A DNA stretch of 63,346 bases from a virus (taxonomy: Duplodnaviria; Caudoviricetes): positions 1 to 63,346 of IMG/VR virus record IMGVR_UViG_3300033153_008411; one strand, written 5' to 3'. The position numbers and the translations under genes are program-made. Positions 55,584 through 62,682 of this stretch are shown one piece after another (the stretch's first letter is position 1; every line of letters begins with the position of its first letter). The notes below the pieces were generated by a model. That model ran no database searches. It saw only the letters and a program-made list of their open reading frames with translations, and had not been told where the DNA came from.

Positions 55584-56563
55584 TATAATTGTAACCTCAC
55601 TTTTGCTTGAAATCCTGTAAAAATGTTATCTTTAATTATACTCGTGATTTCTTCCTTTGTAAAGCCATTCTGCATAGCCTTATTTGCATCTTTGTACTTA
55701 GACATAGACCTAGGCCAACAAAAGATCTTATGCCCATCGTCGGCGTATTTTAAGGATTTTTCTTTTCCCGGTTTGTCATTGTCAAAACAAAAAACAATAT
55801 CGGTAAGCTCAGACAGAAAGCGATTATTAATATCGGCACCCAAAGATGCAATAGCGTTATCTGTGGATAAGGAGTCAATGATTGACTCAAATATGAAGAC
55901 TGTGCTGCTTCTATCCACGTTAAAAAATCCATAAATTTTCCAACCGGCGTCAACAACAGTATGAAAAAATTTAGTACGTAAAGACCGACCCTGAAAACCA
56001 TAAACTTTTTTACCTTTATAGAATGGAAAAATAAGCATATCACGATAAGGAAGTAAAATTACTTCACTCTTTGTATTTACTATTGATAGATCAGGTGGAG
56101 AATAGAAAAGCCTATCAACGATTTTATTAGGGATTTTTCGCTTTTGGCAATATTCCACTACCTCTTCAACTTCTTGAGCCGGAATAAACCGATCATCTAA
56201 ATTGATAAAAGGTGGAATGTAAGACTCCACCTGACCACTTTCTTTAAAAATTTTTTTCTTTTTTCCTATCTCTCCTTTTTTTAGCTTCTCAATATATCCT
56301 TTCTTTTTTTCGATTAAAAAATCAGAGTAAATTGTTGGATAGTGCAACATCAAAAGATTCTCTAAAGATGTCGATCTAGGGCAATTGTGACAATAATAAG
56401 TCACGTAATTTTTCGACTGATCACCCCAAAGAATAAAACCACGTTTTTTCCGACCTTCAGAAGATCCTTCTTTACAGTACGGACAGGATAGGTTTAACCC
56501 CCCTGATATCGGCGTTGTATTCGGTACTCTATTCGCGTATTTAATCTGATCGTATTTGTCCAT
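55583..56563 (-). CDS. DNA primase (T4 gp61-like)
   Basis: CPYC..G..KKRG, YYCHNC, IFPF..GFQGRSL, FESIIDSL, FCFDND, KDAN. Confidence 0.92.
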   Translation of the reverse strand: MDKYDQIKYANRVPNTTPISGGLNLSCPYCKEGSSEGRKKRGFILWGDQSKNYVTYYCHNCPRSTSLENLLMLHYPTIYSDFLIEKKKGYIEKLKKGEIGKKKKIFKESGQVESYIPPFINLDDRFIPAQEVEEVVEYCQKRKIPNKIVDRLFYSPPDLSIVNTKSEVILLPYRDMLIFPFYKGKKVYGFQGRSLRTKFFHTVVDAGWKIYGFFNVDRSSTVFIFESIIDSLSTDNAIASLGADINNRFLSELTDIVFCFDNDKPGKEKSLKYADDGHKIFCWPRSMSKYKDANKAMQNGFTKEEITSIIKDNIFTGFQAKVRLQL

Positions 56564-56564
56564 C

Positions 56565-56795
56565 TTAACAAGCTAGATAACATGTTCCTTCTAAATTTTC
56601 GTTTAATTCTTCAACAACATCTGGTGTACAAGGTAATGTTTTTATTTTACCAACACCGAATGCTATTGATTTACAGTCTTCAGTACATTTTACCACATGT
56701 TCACAATGTAAGCAACAGATGTTCGATTCGTACCGGCAAAAACTCGGTCGAGTTTCAGCTGAACACCCTAATAATTTTGTATTTAGATTTGGCAT
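56565..56795 (-). CDS. Small Cys-rich protein
   Basis: Nine Cys including CCLHC. Confidence 0.55.
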   Translation of the reverse strand: MPNLNTKLLGCSAETRPSFCRYESNICCLHCEHVVKCTEDCKSIAFGVGKIKTLPCTPDVVEELNENLEGTCYLAC

Positions 56796-56799
56796 TTTT

Positions 56800-57066
56800 T
56801 CATATTTTATTTAAGGCTGTTTCAGCCTTGGTTAATAAATCAGTCACGGAAGCTAATAGCTTCTTTTTCTGTTCAAAATCGGTTTGTTTATCGTGTTCAT
56901 CGTACAGTAAAAACTCGTATAGGTCTATAGCACTTAATACTGCTAACTTGTATTTGAGTATTTCTGGTGATGATATATCCGAAAGTTCATCAAACCGATT
57001 AAACAGATTTTCAGTGGAAATTTTACATTCTCTGATTTCTTCTTTTAAGTCTTTCCACTCTTTCAT
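56800..57066 (-). CDS. Hypothetical helical protein
   Basis: GGAG RBS directly after the tRNA-like element. Confidence 0.6.
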   Translation of the reverse strand: MKEWKDLKEEIRECKISTENLFNRFDELSDISSPEILKYKLAVLSAIDLYEFLLYDEHDKQTDFEQKKKLLASVTDLLTKAETALNKI

Positions 57067-57080
57067 TAATACTCCAGTTT

Positions 57081-57197
57081 AGGCAAGCGGTTAGCCTGTT
57101 ACCCATACCTAGGGCGGTTTAACCCGACTCCCTTTTATTCAGGATGCTTCCCTAGGCCGAGACTCGAACTCGTTAAGACCACTTAAGGTTCTTACCC
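57081..57197 (-). ncRNA. Circularly permuted tRNA-like structured RNA (YrlA/Y-RNA-like topology)
   Basis: T-arm CGAG-TTCGAGT-CTCG, then CCTAGGG pairing with downstream CCCTAGG, then D-arm-like GGT-AACAGGCTA-ACC; closed by GGGTAAG/CTTGCCT. Confidence 0.55.
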
Positions 57198-57391
57198 GTT
57201 GTTAAATACCATTCTAATAATGGCATTAATTCTTCCATCCATCCTTCTCTAGCATTAGGTATATATCGAATAGGATGCTGATCTAGTTGATTGAGATCGT
57301 AAGTAGCAATATTTCTAAATAATTCATCAATCCTATTACATTTATAATACTCTTTCCAAAGATCAACTTTTTCACGTAATGATACGGCCAT
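57173..57391 (-). CDS. Family G small protein
   Basis: NRIDELFRNIATY...WMEELMPLLEWY. Confidence 0.65.
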   Translation of the reverse strand: MAVSLREKVDLWKEYYKCNRIDELFRNIATYDLNQLDQHPIRYIPNAREGWMEELMPLLEWYLTTGKNLKWS

Positions 57392-57394
57392 TTT

Positions 57395-57583
57395 TTATCT
57401 AGCCTTTCGAAGTTCTAACCATCGATAAAATAATTTCTTTATTTCTTTTTTCTTGACAGTTCCATCTAATAATTCGAATTTATCTGTTTCTTCGTTTATG
57501 AATGAAACACATACAATAGTATTCAAATGAGATACAATTTTTGAGTGTACATCTAACAACGCAATAAAATTGTCTTTACGCAT
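57395..57583 (-). CDS. Family G small protein (divergent)
   Basis: KKEIKKLFYRWLE. Confidence 0.55.
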   Translation of the reverse strand: MRKDNFIALLDVHSKIVSHLNTIVCVSFINEETDKFELLDGTVKKKEIKKLFYRWLELRKAR

Positions 57584-57878
57584 CAGGAAAATTCCTTTGA
57601 GTATTAGGATATTTTCTTAAATTTTTATTTTTTAGCATCCATTTAAATAATTGGTGTAATTCGATTTTCCATATATTCATGAGATTTTCAAATCCTTTTG
57701 GATTATTTTTATATCCAACCCATGTTACATAATCATATATGGCGCGGCATAGATCGTAGATTCTACTTTCTTTGTGCGCCCATTCTGGTGTGCATCCTAA
57801 TGGTAGTTTTTCATGGTTGTCTGAACCACTTAAAGTACGTATTTTTGTCCCTTTTACATTAGCTGGTATAGACATCAT
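57576..57878 (-). CDS. Family G small protein
   Basis: SRIYDLCRAIYDY...WKIELHQLFKWM. Confidence 0.65.
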   Translation of the reverse strand: MMSIPANVKGTKIRTLSGSDNHEKLPLGCTPEWAHKESRIYDLCRAIYDYVTWVGYKNNPKGFENLMNIWKIELHQLFKWMLKNKNLRKYPNTQRNFPDA

Positions 57879-58230
57879 TATTCCTTATTTTAACTTCATC
57901 GTTAATCCACCATCTAAATAAAATTTTTATTTCTTCTTTCCACATATCTACAAGTTCGATTCGCATCTCTTCGAAATTTTCCGGGATATCCTTATTCCAT
58001 TCTAAATAAGTGATTTGGTACTTCTCAATACTTTCTAGCAAAAGATTTATTCTGTTTGTATGGTGCTCGTATTCACCCATTAGTTCCTGTCTTGGATCTT
58101 TGTTAATAGAATTCCATTTAACTTTAAGTTTACCTTTACCTTTGAATTTTTGCACTTTCGCTTGAATTTTTTTTATCATGGCTTTTTCTCTAGCCAATTT
58201 CATCAATTGATTGTGTGTCAAACGCACCAT
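57859..58230 (-). CDS. Family G small protein
   Basis: Start revised to MVRLTH; NRINLLLESIEKY...WKEEIKILFRWW. Confidence 0.6.
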   Translation of the reverse strand: MVRLTHNQLMKLAREKAMIKKIQAKVQKFKGKGKLKVKWNSINKDPRQELMGEYEHHTNRINLLLESIEKYQITYLEWNKDIPENFEEMRIELVDMWKEEIKILFRWWINDEVKIRNNDVYTS

Positions 58231-58250
58231 ATCATTTCTTAAACGGATTA

Positions 58251-58299
58251 AGGGAGTCAACACAAGAACAGCAAGTTTAAAACTTTGTGTTGACTCCCT
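58251..58299. repeat. Perfect 15-bp inverted repeat (hairpin) after the AAA ATPase gene
   Basis: AGGGAGTCAACACAA (58251-58265) and TTGTGTTGACTCCCT (58285-58299), 19-nt loop. Confidence 0.8.
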
Positions 58300-58311
58300 A
58301 GGAGACAATCT

Positions 58312-59496
58312 TTATGTGGACTTAATTTCTTTAGTCATCTTGATAACCGCTTCGAACAATGTATGATCATTCTTATCAACGTCATCAAGTACATCCACAA
58401 TCATTCCGGCATCATAAGTATTAGCCATTTCAGCAACTTCTTTCATCATGACTATACTCATGTCTTTATCAGCTTTGGCAACTGAACTGGCAAGCTTACT
58501 AAAGGTTCCAATTAAGTCTTTCAACTTTTTGTCACCTTTGGTATCTTCTTTATGAGTCATGTACCGGTCAATGTACTCGTAGGCCATCGCCATCGTAAAT
58601 ATAAACATGTTAGTGGAATCGGTTTTGAACTTGAAATTCTTTCTGTCAAAAACCGCCGATGTATCGATTTTTGAGTACAGTTCGTAATACATTGAAAATT
58701 CTCGGCCACCTTCAGGACCGACATGACCACCAGCACGAAACATAACTTCTGGCAGTTTGACATTATCGCTGGTACGCTCAACTGAGCTATCCAAAGCGAG
58801 TGAAAATTTATGCCAAGAACGTGGTGAACCCCACGGCTCTTTTGAATTTTCATCTTCGTGGAAGAATTTCAGGTTTGACTTCTTAGCCAGAAAAGTGGTG
58901 ATGATCGGATTAATGCTGTGTTTCATTGCCCACTGTCTCCAATCTTCAAAGTCAGCAACTACGTTATAAAAAGCAACTCGGTTGGTAATGGCAGAAAGCA
59001 TGGTTTTTGCACCAGCTCTTGCACCAGGATTACCAGCAAGCATAATGTGCGTATTCCTTGGAAGATCGTAACCTTTCAGGGAATAATCGGTAAACAACTG
59101 AAAACAGAATTTTTGGTTTTCAGGACTCGCAAGGTGAAAGTCATCCATAAAAAGGATCACACCTTTATGTTTTTCGGAAAGTTCCATCAACTCAGTAATC
59201 ATGTCAGGGAAAGTCCAGCGGGTACCTTCAACCTTTTCACCGTTGACAACGATCTTATGAAACTGAGGCAGACCGGTCATTTCTTCGATGGTTTTGGTTG
59301 ACAAATGGACGGTCAATATCGCCCAATCAACAGCTTTGACTTTTGCTTCTAACATCTTGGTTTTACCAGCACCGGGGGGAGATACAACGAATGGTACGGC
59401 TGGTAATGCTTCCGGGTTCCACGGGTTATTCCGCATAGCATCGTAGAACAGCATTTCAAGGGTTTCTTTCAATGACATCGTGGTGTTAAGTTCCAT
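58312..59496 (-). CDS. MoxR-like AAA+ ATPase
   Basis: SPPGAGKT, MTGLP, ILFMDDF, IMLAGN, AITNR, SPRSW. Confidence 0.85.
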   Translation of the reverse strand: MELNTTMSLKETLEMLFYDAMRNNPWNPEALPAVPFVVSPPGAGKTKMLEAKVKAVDWAILTVHLSTKTIEEMTGLPQFHKIVVNGEKVEGTRWTFPDMITELMELSEKHKGVILFMDDFHLASPENQKFCFQLFTDYSLKGYDLPRNTHIMLAGNPGARAGAKTMLSAITNRVAFYNVVADFEDWRQWAMKHSINPIITTFLAKKSNLKFFHEDENSKEPWGSPRSWHKFSLALDSSVERTSDNVKLPEVMFRAGGHVGPEGGREFSMYYELYSKIDTSAVFDRKNFKFKTDSTNMFIFTMAMAYEYIDRYMTHKEDTKGDKKLKDLIGTFSKLASSVAKADKDMSIVMMKEVAEMANTYDAGMIVDVLDDVDKNDHTLFEAVIKMTKEIKST

Positions 59497-59544
59497 ATTT
59501 TTGTCTCCTATAAGACGGTTTTAGATTAAAAAATGTTATAACTA

Positions 59545-59574
59545 ATTAAAACATAACTCAAATGTTTCTGTCAA
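59545..59574 (-). promoter_or_regulatory. Early promoter for the AAA ATPase
   Basis: TTTTACTTGACAGA...TGTTTTAATTAG (N18), matching 62050-62079; AGGAGACA RBS. Confidence 0.65.
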
Positions 59575-59592
59575 GTAAAAAATGAAATTATT

Positions 59593-59703
59593 TTAAAAAT
59601 ATTTTGCTTTGTAATATTGCATTGAAAGTTTGTGCATCTCAATACAATTCAGGGCTAAATCTTGATGAGCCAACAATATACGAGTTGCGTCGAACCAAGT
59701 CAT
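59593..59703 (-). CDS. 36-aa peptide (not in the ORF track)
   Basis: AGGAGATAGAAAT-ATG; MTWFDATRILLAHQDLALNCIEMHKLSMQYYKAKYF. Confidence 0.45.
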   Translation of the reverse strand: MTWFDATRILLAHQDLALNCIEMHKLSMQYYKAKYF

Positions 59704-59714
59704 ATTTCTATCTC

Positions 59715-59924
59715 CTATAGGGTTAAGTCAACAACAATAGATGCACCATCAAACCTTGCACGTTCTTTCAAGGCCATTTCAAAATCATCGGCCAGATCGC
59801 CGGTTTCGAGATCATCAATGTATTCGTCACAATCAACATCGTAATCAGAAGAGGTATCAGCGTCACTAACACAAGCAAGTGTGCAATCTGTACAGTCATC
59901 TTCACAATAAAGTTTGTAAGTCAT
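59715..59924 (-). CDS. Small acidic Cys-containing early protein
   Basis: AGGAGACA RBS and its own promoter; CEDDCTDCTLAC. Confidence 0.6.
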   Translation of the reverse strand: MTYKLYCEDDCTDCTLACVSDADTSSDYDVDCDEYIDDLETGDLADDFEMALKERARFDGASIVVDLTL

Positions 59925-59977
59925 TTTCTGTCTCCTAAAAGGTTTGTTCGAATGGTTTAATAATTAAGTACACCTTC

Positions 59978-60006
59978 AATGTGGACTAACAAAATTACTT
60001 TGTCAA
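59978..60006 (-). promoter_or_regulatory. Early promoter with a shared downstream box
   Basis: TTGACA-N17-CACATT then AAGGTGTACTTAATT. Confidence 0.6.
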
Positions 60007-60206
60007 GACTTTTTTTTATCTAAATTGAATATTTTTGCGTGATGCTCTGTAATATTTTTTAAAGCTAGGTGAATTCCGATAGCCATTGCTTTATCAATTG
60101 ATTTGGATTTTTCATCAACAACTTTTGTGTAATCTTCTACCATGTTGATTAATGTTTTATGAAATTTTTCAATTTTATCTCTGTCTTTTGTTTTAACTGA
60201 TATCAT
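60003..60206 (-). CDS. Hypothetical protein
   Basis: Coupled ORF (ATGA overlap). Confidence 0.55.
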   Translation of the reverse strand: MISVKTKDRDKIEKFHKTLINMVEDYTKVVDEKSKSIDKAMAIGIHLALKNITEHHAKIFNLDKKKS

Positions 60207-60625
60207 AATTTCATTAGCTCGATGCTTGGATGTGGGTTTCTTATCAAATCGGTGACATCCGCTTTAACAGCTATTTTTTGCATTTCCAAAGACGGATACT
60301 CAACGTACCGGATTAAATGCGGCTGTTCTTTGATTAATAAATCAATTGTTTTCGGTTGAACATTTTCTAACAAATCAAAAAGTTCTTTCACGCCTTTTCT
60401 CATTGGGTATTTTGGAAATGTTACTGTTGGTTCGTTTTGCAATAATACTTTAGTTGTTGTTACAGCGATACCAACACGAATACCTTTTTCATTAAATATA
60501 ATTTCACCCGGTTTAAATTCACGTTTACCGGTGTATTTTTGGATAATAGATTGTGAAAAACCCACTATACCCGTATCGACTACAGTGGTTTCAACAGTCA
60601 AATAATCTGATTGTTTAGGCGGCAT
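60203..60625 (-). CDS. Hypothetical protein with a DUF4116-like C-terminus
   Basis: IRYVEYPSLEMQKIAVKAD; ends NPHPSIELMKL. Confidence 0.6.
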   Translation of the reverse strand: MPPKQSDYLTVETTVVDTGIVGFSQSIIQKYTGKREFKPGEIIFNEKGIRVGIAVTTTKVLLQNEPTVTFPKYPMRKGVKELFDLLENVQPKTIDLLIKEQPHLIRYVEYPSLEMQKIAVKADVTDLIRNPHPSIELMKL

Positions 60626-62006
60626 TTTGCAGATTCCTAGGAATCTTAACCGTAATTGGTTCGTTATCCACGAACTTTGGTACTTGACCGATCATATGCC
60701 GACCTTCGGGAATCATGATTTGAATCGGAATATCTTCAACCCATCCGTATTGCTTGGATTGAACTAATTCTTCGATATCAGATTCAAAGTCAGTGATGAT
60801 AAGAACAATGCCGATTCCTTCATCTTCGGCGTACAGCTCTTCGATCCTATCAAAAACCTCTTTATGAGAAGTTCCACCACGACCTTTAACTTGTAACAAA
60901 TCTTCGACTGAAATTTCACCTTCATAATATTTTTCATCAAGAATATTCCAATCGTGCTTGATAACGTACATATTCTGGAAAAGATCATCACAGGCTTTTA
61001 CAGCACCCGCCGCAACTTTTAATTCGGTGTCACTAATTGATCCAGATGAATCAATTACACTTATAGCACCGTCTAGCAGCTCTTCTTCACCGTGACCGGA
61101 AACAGTCAAACCGATTCCTTGGTAAATTCGATTTAAACTTCTCCAAGATCGGTTTTCCATACTTGGCATCATTTTCCGGGATATTGCTCTTGCTAACAAC
61201 TGTTCAGTAGGGATGTCAACTCGAATCATATCTTCTAGCATTCCTACAACCGCACCAGAACCGGCACCACGACCACGTTCACCATCAGCTTCATGAGTGT
61301 GGCGGATTTCGTTCAATGCACGATCAACTAAATCTTTCTCAGCATCACTCATATCACCGGGCGCACTTCCATCTTGTTTTTCATCACCATCACCATCACC
61401 ATCACTTTTACCACTACCTTTAGGATCTTTGATATCGATATCGATGGTAACTGAGTTACCTTGCTTGTCAGTAAAAGTTACCTGATTCCCATCACCTGAC
61501 ATTGTGACAGTAATTTTATTTTGCTCTTGTTTTTTCTCAAGATATTCATAAGCCTCTTCAACCGTGATTTTTGAGTCAATATCATTATCACGAATAAGAA
61601 AAATTTTATCTTGTGGTACTTTAATCGGTAAAATACCATCATTGGCATCTTGAAGTAAAACAGTGTTGATTACATGATCACCGGCAAGATTAAACAAACC
61701 GGGATGCCGACCACCACGCCTTTGTTGGTGCTTATGTAGCGGATGAAGCATTTCATGAAGCAATGCAAAACGAATTTCATTTACAGCCCACTTATCAACT
61801 AAGTCTTCGTGAATCATAATATGAAATTTTCGTTTGATTGGATTGAAGAAGACGCAAGCTGTCTTACAGAAATGTTTTTCACCTTTTTCAAGCGTTATAT
61901 CGTAGTGATACAGGATAGTTTTGAATAGTGAAAATTCTTTCTTAAGCATGATTGACATAATTGCCAACTTTAGCTTTTCGTCTAATGGTGTCAAACTTTC
62001 TGCCAT
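60615..62006 (-). CDS. Metallopeptidase plus VWA-like protein (DUF2201-type)
   Basis: LLHEMLHPLHKH (HExxH), FNLAGDHVIN, VIDSSGSIS (MIDAS), GRGGTSH, IITD. Confidence 0.85.
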   Translation of the reverse strand: MAESLTPLDEKLKLAIMSIMLKKEFSLFKTILYHYDITLEKGEKHFCKTACVFFNPIKRKFHIMIHEDLVDKWAVNEIRFALLHEMLHPLHKHQQRRGGRHPGLFNLAGDHVINTVLLQDANDGILPIKVPQDKIFLIRDNDIDSKITVEEAYEYLEKKQEQNKITVTMSGDGNQVTFTDKQGNSVTIDIDIKDPKGSGKSDGDGDGDEKQDGSAPGDMSDAEKDLVDRALNEIRHTHEADGERGRGAGSGAVVGMLEDMIRVDIPTEQLLARAISRKMMPSMENRSWRSLNRIYQGIGLTVSGHGEEELLDGAISVIDSSGSISDTELKVAAGAVKACDDLFQNMYVIKHDWNILDEKYYEGEISVEDLLQVKGRGGTSHKEVFDRIEELYAEDEGIGIVLIITDFESDIEELVQSKQYGWVEDIPIQIMIPEGRHMIGQVPKFVDNEPITVKIPRNLQNAA

Positions 62007-62049
62007 TTTTTGTCTCCTTTAGAGATTGATTTTTTACTTGGTATGCCTA

Positions 62050-62079
62050 ATTAAAACACAAACAAAATAACTCTGTCAA
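62050..62079 (-). promoter_or_regulatory. Early promoter for the VWA-peptidase gene
   Basis: TTTTACTTGACAGA...TGTTTTAATTAG (N18); AGGAGACA RBS. Confidence 0.65.
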
Positions 62080-62087
62080 GTAAAAAT

Positions 62088-62273
62088 TTATAGAATTACA
62101 AAAAAGAATTCACGGTGAAGAATACTTTTACTTGCGTACTTATATAGTTCTGGATATTTTTTATGTATTGCAAGTTGTTCTTTGAGTGTTTTATTCATAA
62201 ATAATTCATCAACTTCTTCTCTGGTAGGGAAAAATTGAACTTTACCCCGTTCAGGTGGGAATTTTATTTTCAT
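62088..62273 (-). CDS. Small protein with the shared C-terminal tail
   Basis: Ends REFFFVIL. Confidence 0.55.
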   Translation of the reverse strand: MKIKFPPERGKVQFFPTREEVDELFMNKTLKEQLAIHKKYPELYKYASKSILHREFFFVIL

Positions 62274-62434
62274 AATAATCTAAACCGAATCATAGTCATT
62301 ATTTTTTTATCACGTACAGCTTTTTTTCTCCACGACATAAATTCTTCAAAGGCTGTATCAAACGGAGTTTTTTTATCAAGTACAACAAAATCTCGGAAAT
62401 ACTCAAATAAAGCACATTCTTCGGCGATTGTCAT
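62270..62434 (-). CDS. 54-aa protein with the shared C-terminal tail (not in the ORF track)
   Basis: MTIAEECALFEYFRDF...TMIRFRLL; ATGA overlaps on both sides. Confidence 0.6.
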   Translation of the reverse strand: MTIAEECALFEYFRDFVVLDKKTPFDTAFEEFMSWRKKAVRDKKIMTMIRFRLL

Positions 62435-62682
62435 AATAATATAAATTTTGCTTCTGGTGTTAAATAATCTTCATCATAAAAAACATCAGGATTGTTTTTA
62501 ATTAGTTCAAGCTGTTTTTTAGTATCGGACGTATATAATTGCACATGGAAAAGAATTCGTTTATCAATTTCATCTGTGATTTCTTTTGAAAGTTGCTTTG
62601 TTAATTCATCGTCAAATTCAGATTTAAATTTTTGAGTCATATCAATTGAATATTCAACTTTTAATTTTCTTGATTTTATCAT
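62431..62682 (-). CDS. Small protein with the shared C-terminal tail
   Basis: Ends EAKFILL. Confidence 0.55.
   Translation of the reverse strand: MIKSRKLKVEYSIDMTQKFKSEFDDELTKQLSKEITDEIDKRILFHVQLYTSDTKKQLELIKNNPDVFYDEDYLTPEAKFILL

Noticed and set aside
51072-56563. Intein or group I intron in the RNR or primase
   Set aside because: Both ORFs are continuous, of normal length, and show no intein terminal motifs.
57081-57197. Canonical tRNA gene
   Set aside because: The arms are in permuted order, and there is no CCA end or contiguous anticodon arm. Reported as a tRNA-like ncRNA instead.
58231-58308. N-terminal extension of ORF 57859-58308 as given in the track
   Set aside because: It runs through the 15-bp hairpin from a non-ATG start; the ATG at 58230 is more plausible.
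797-62444. Plus-strand ORFs in the track (e.g. 8788-9321, 47813-48235, 56582-57082)
   Set aside because: All are antisense shadows of well-supported minus-strand genes, with no recognisable motifs or RBS.
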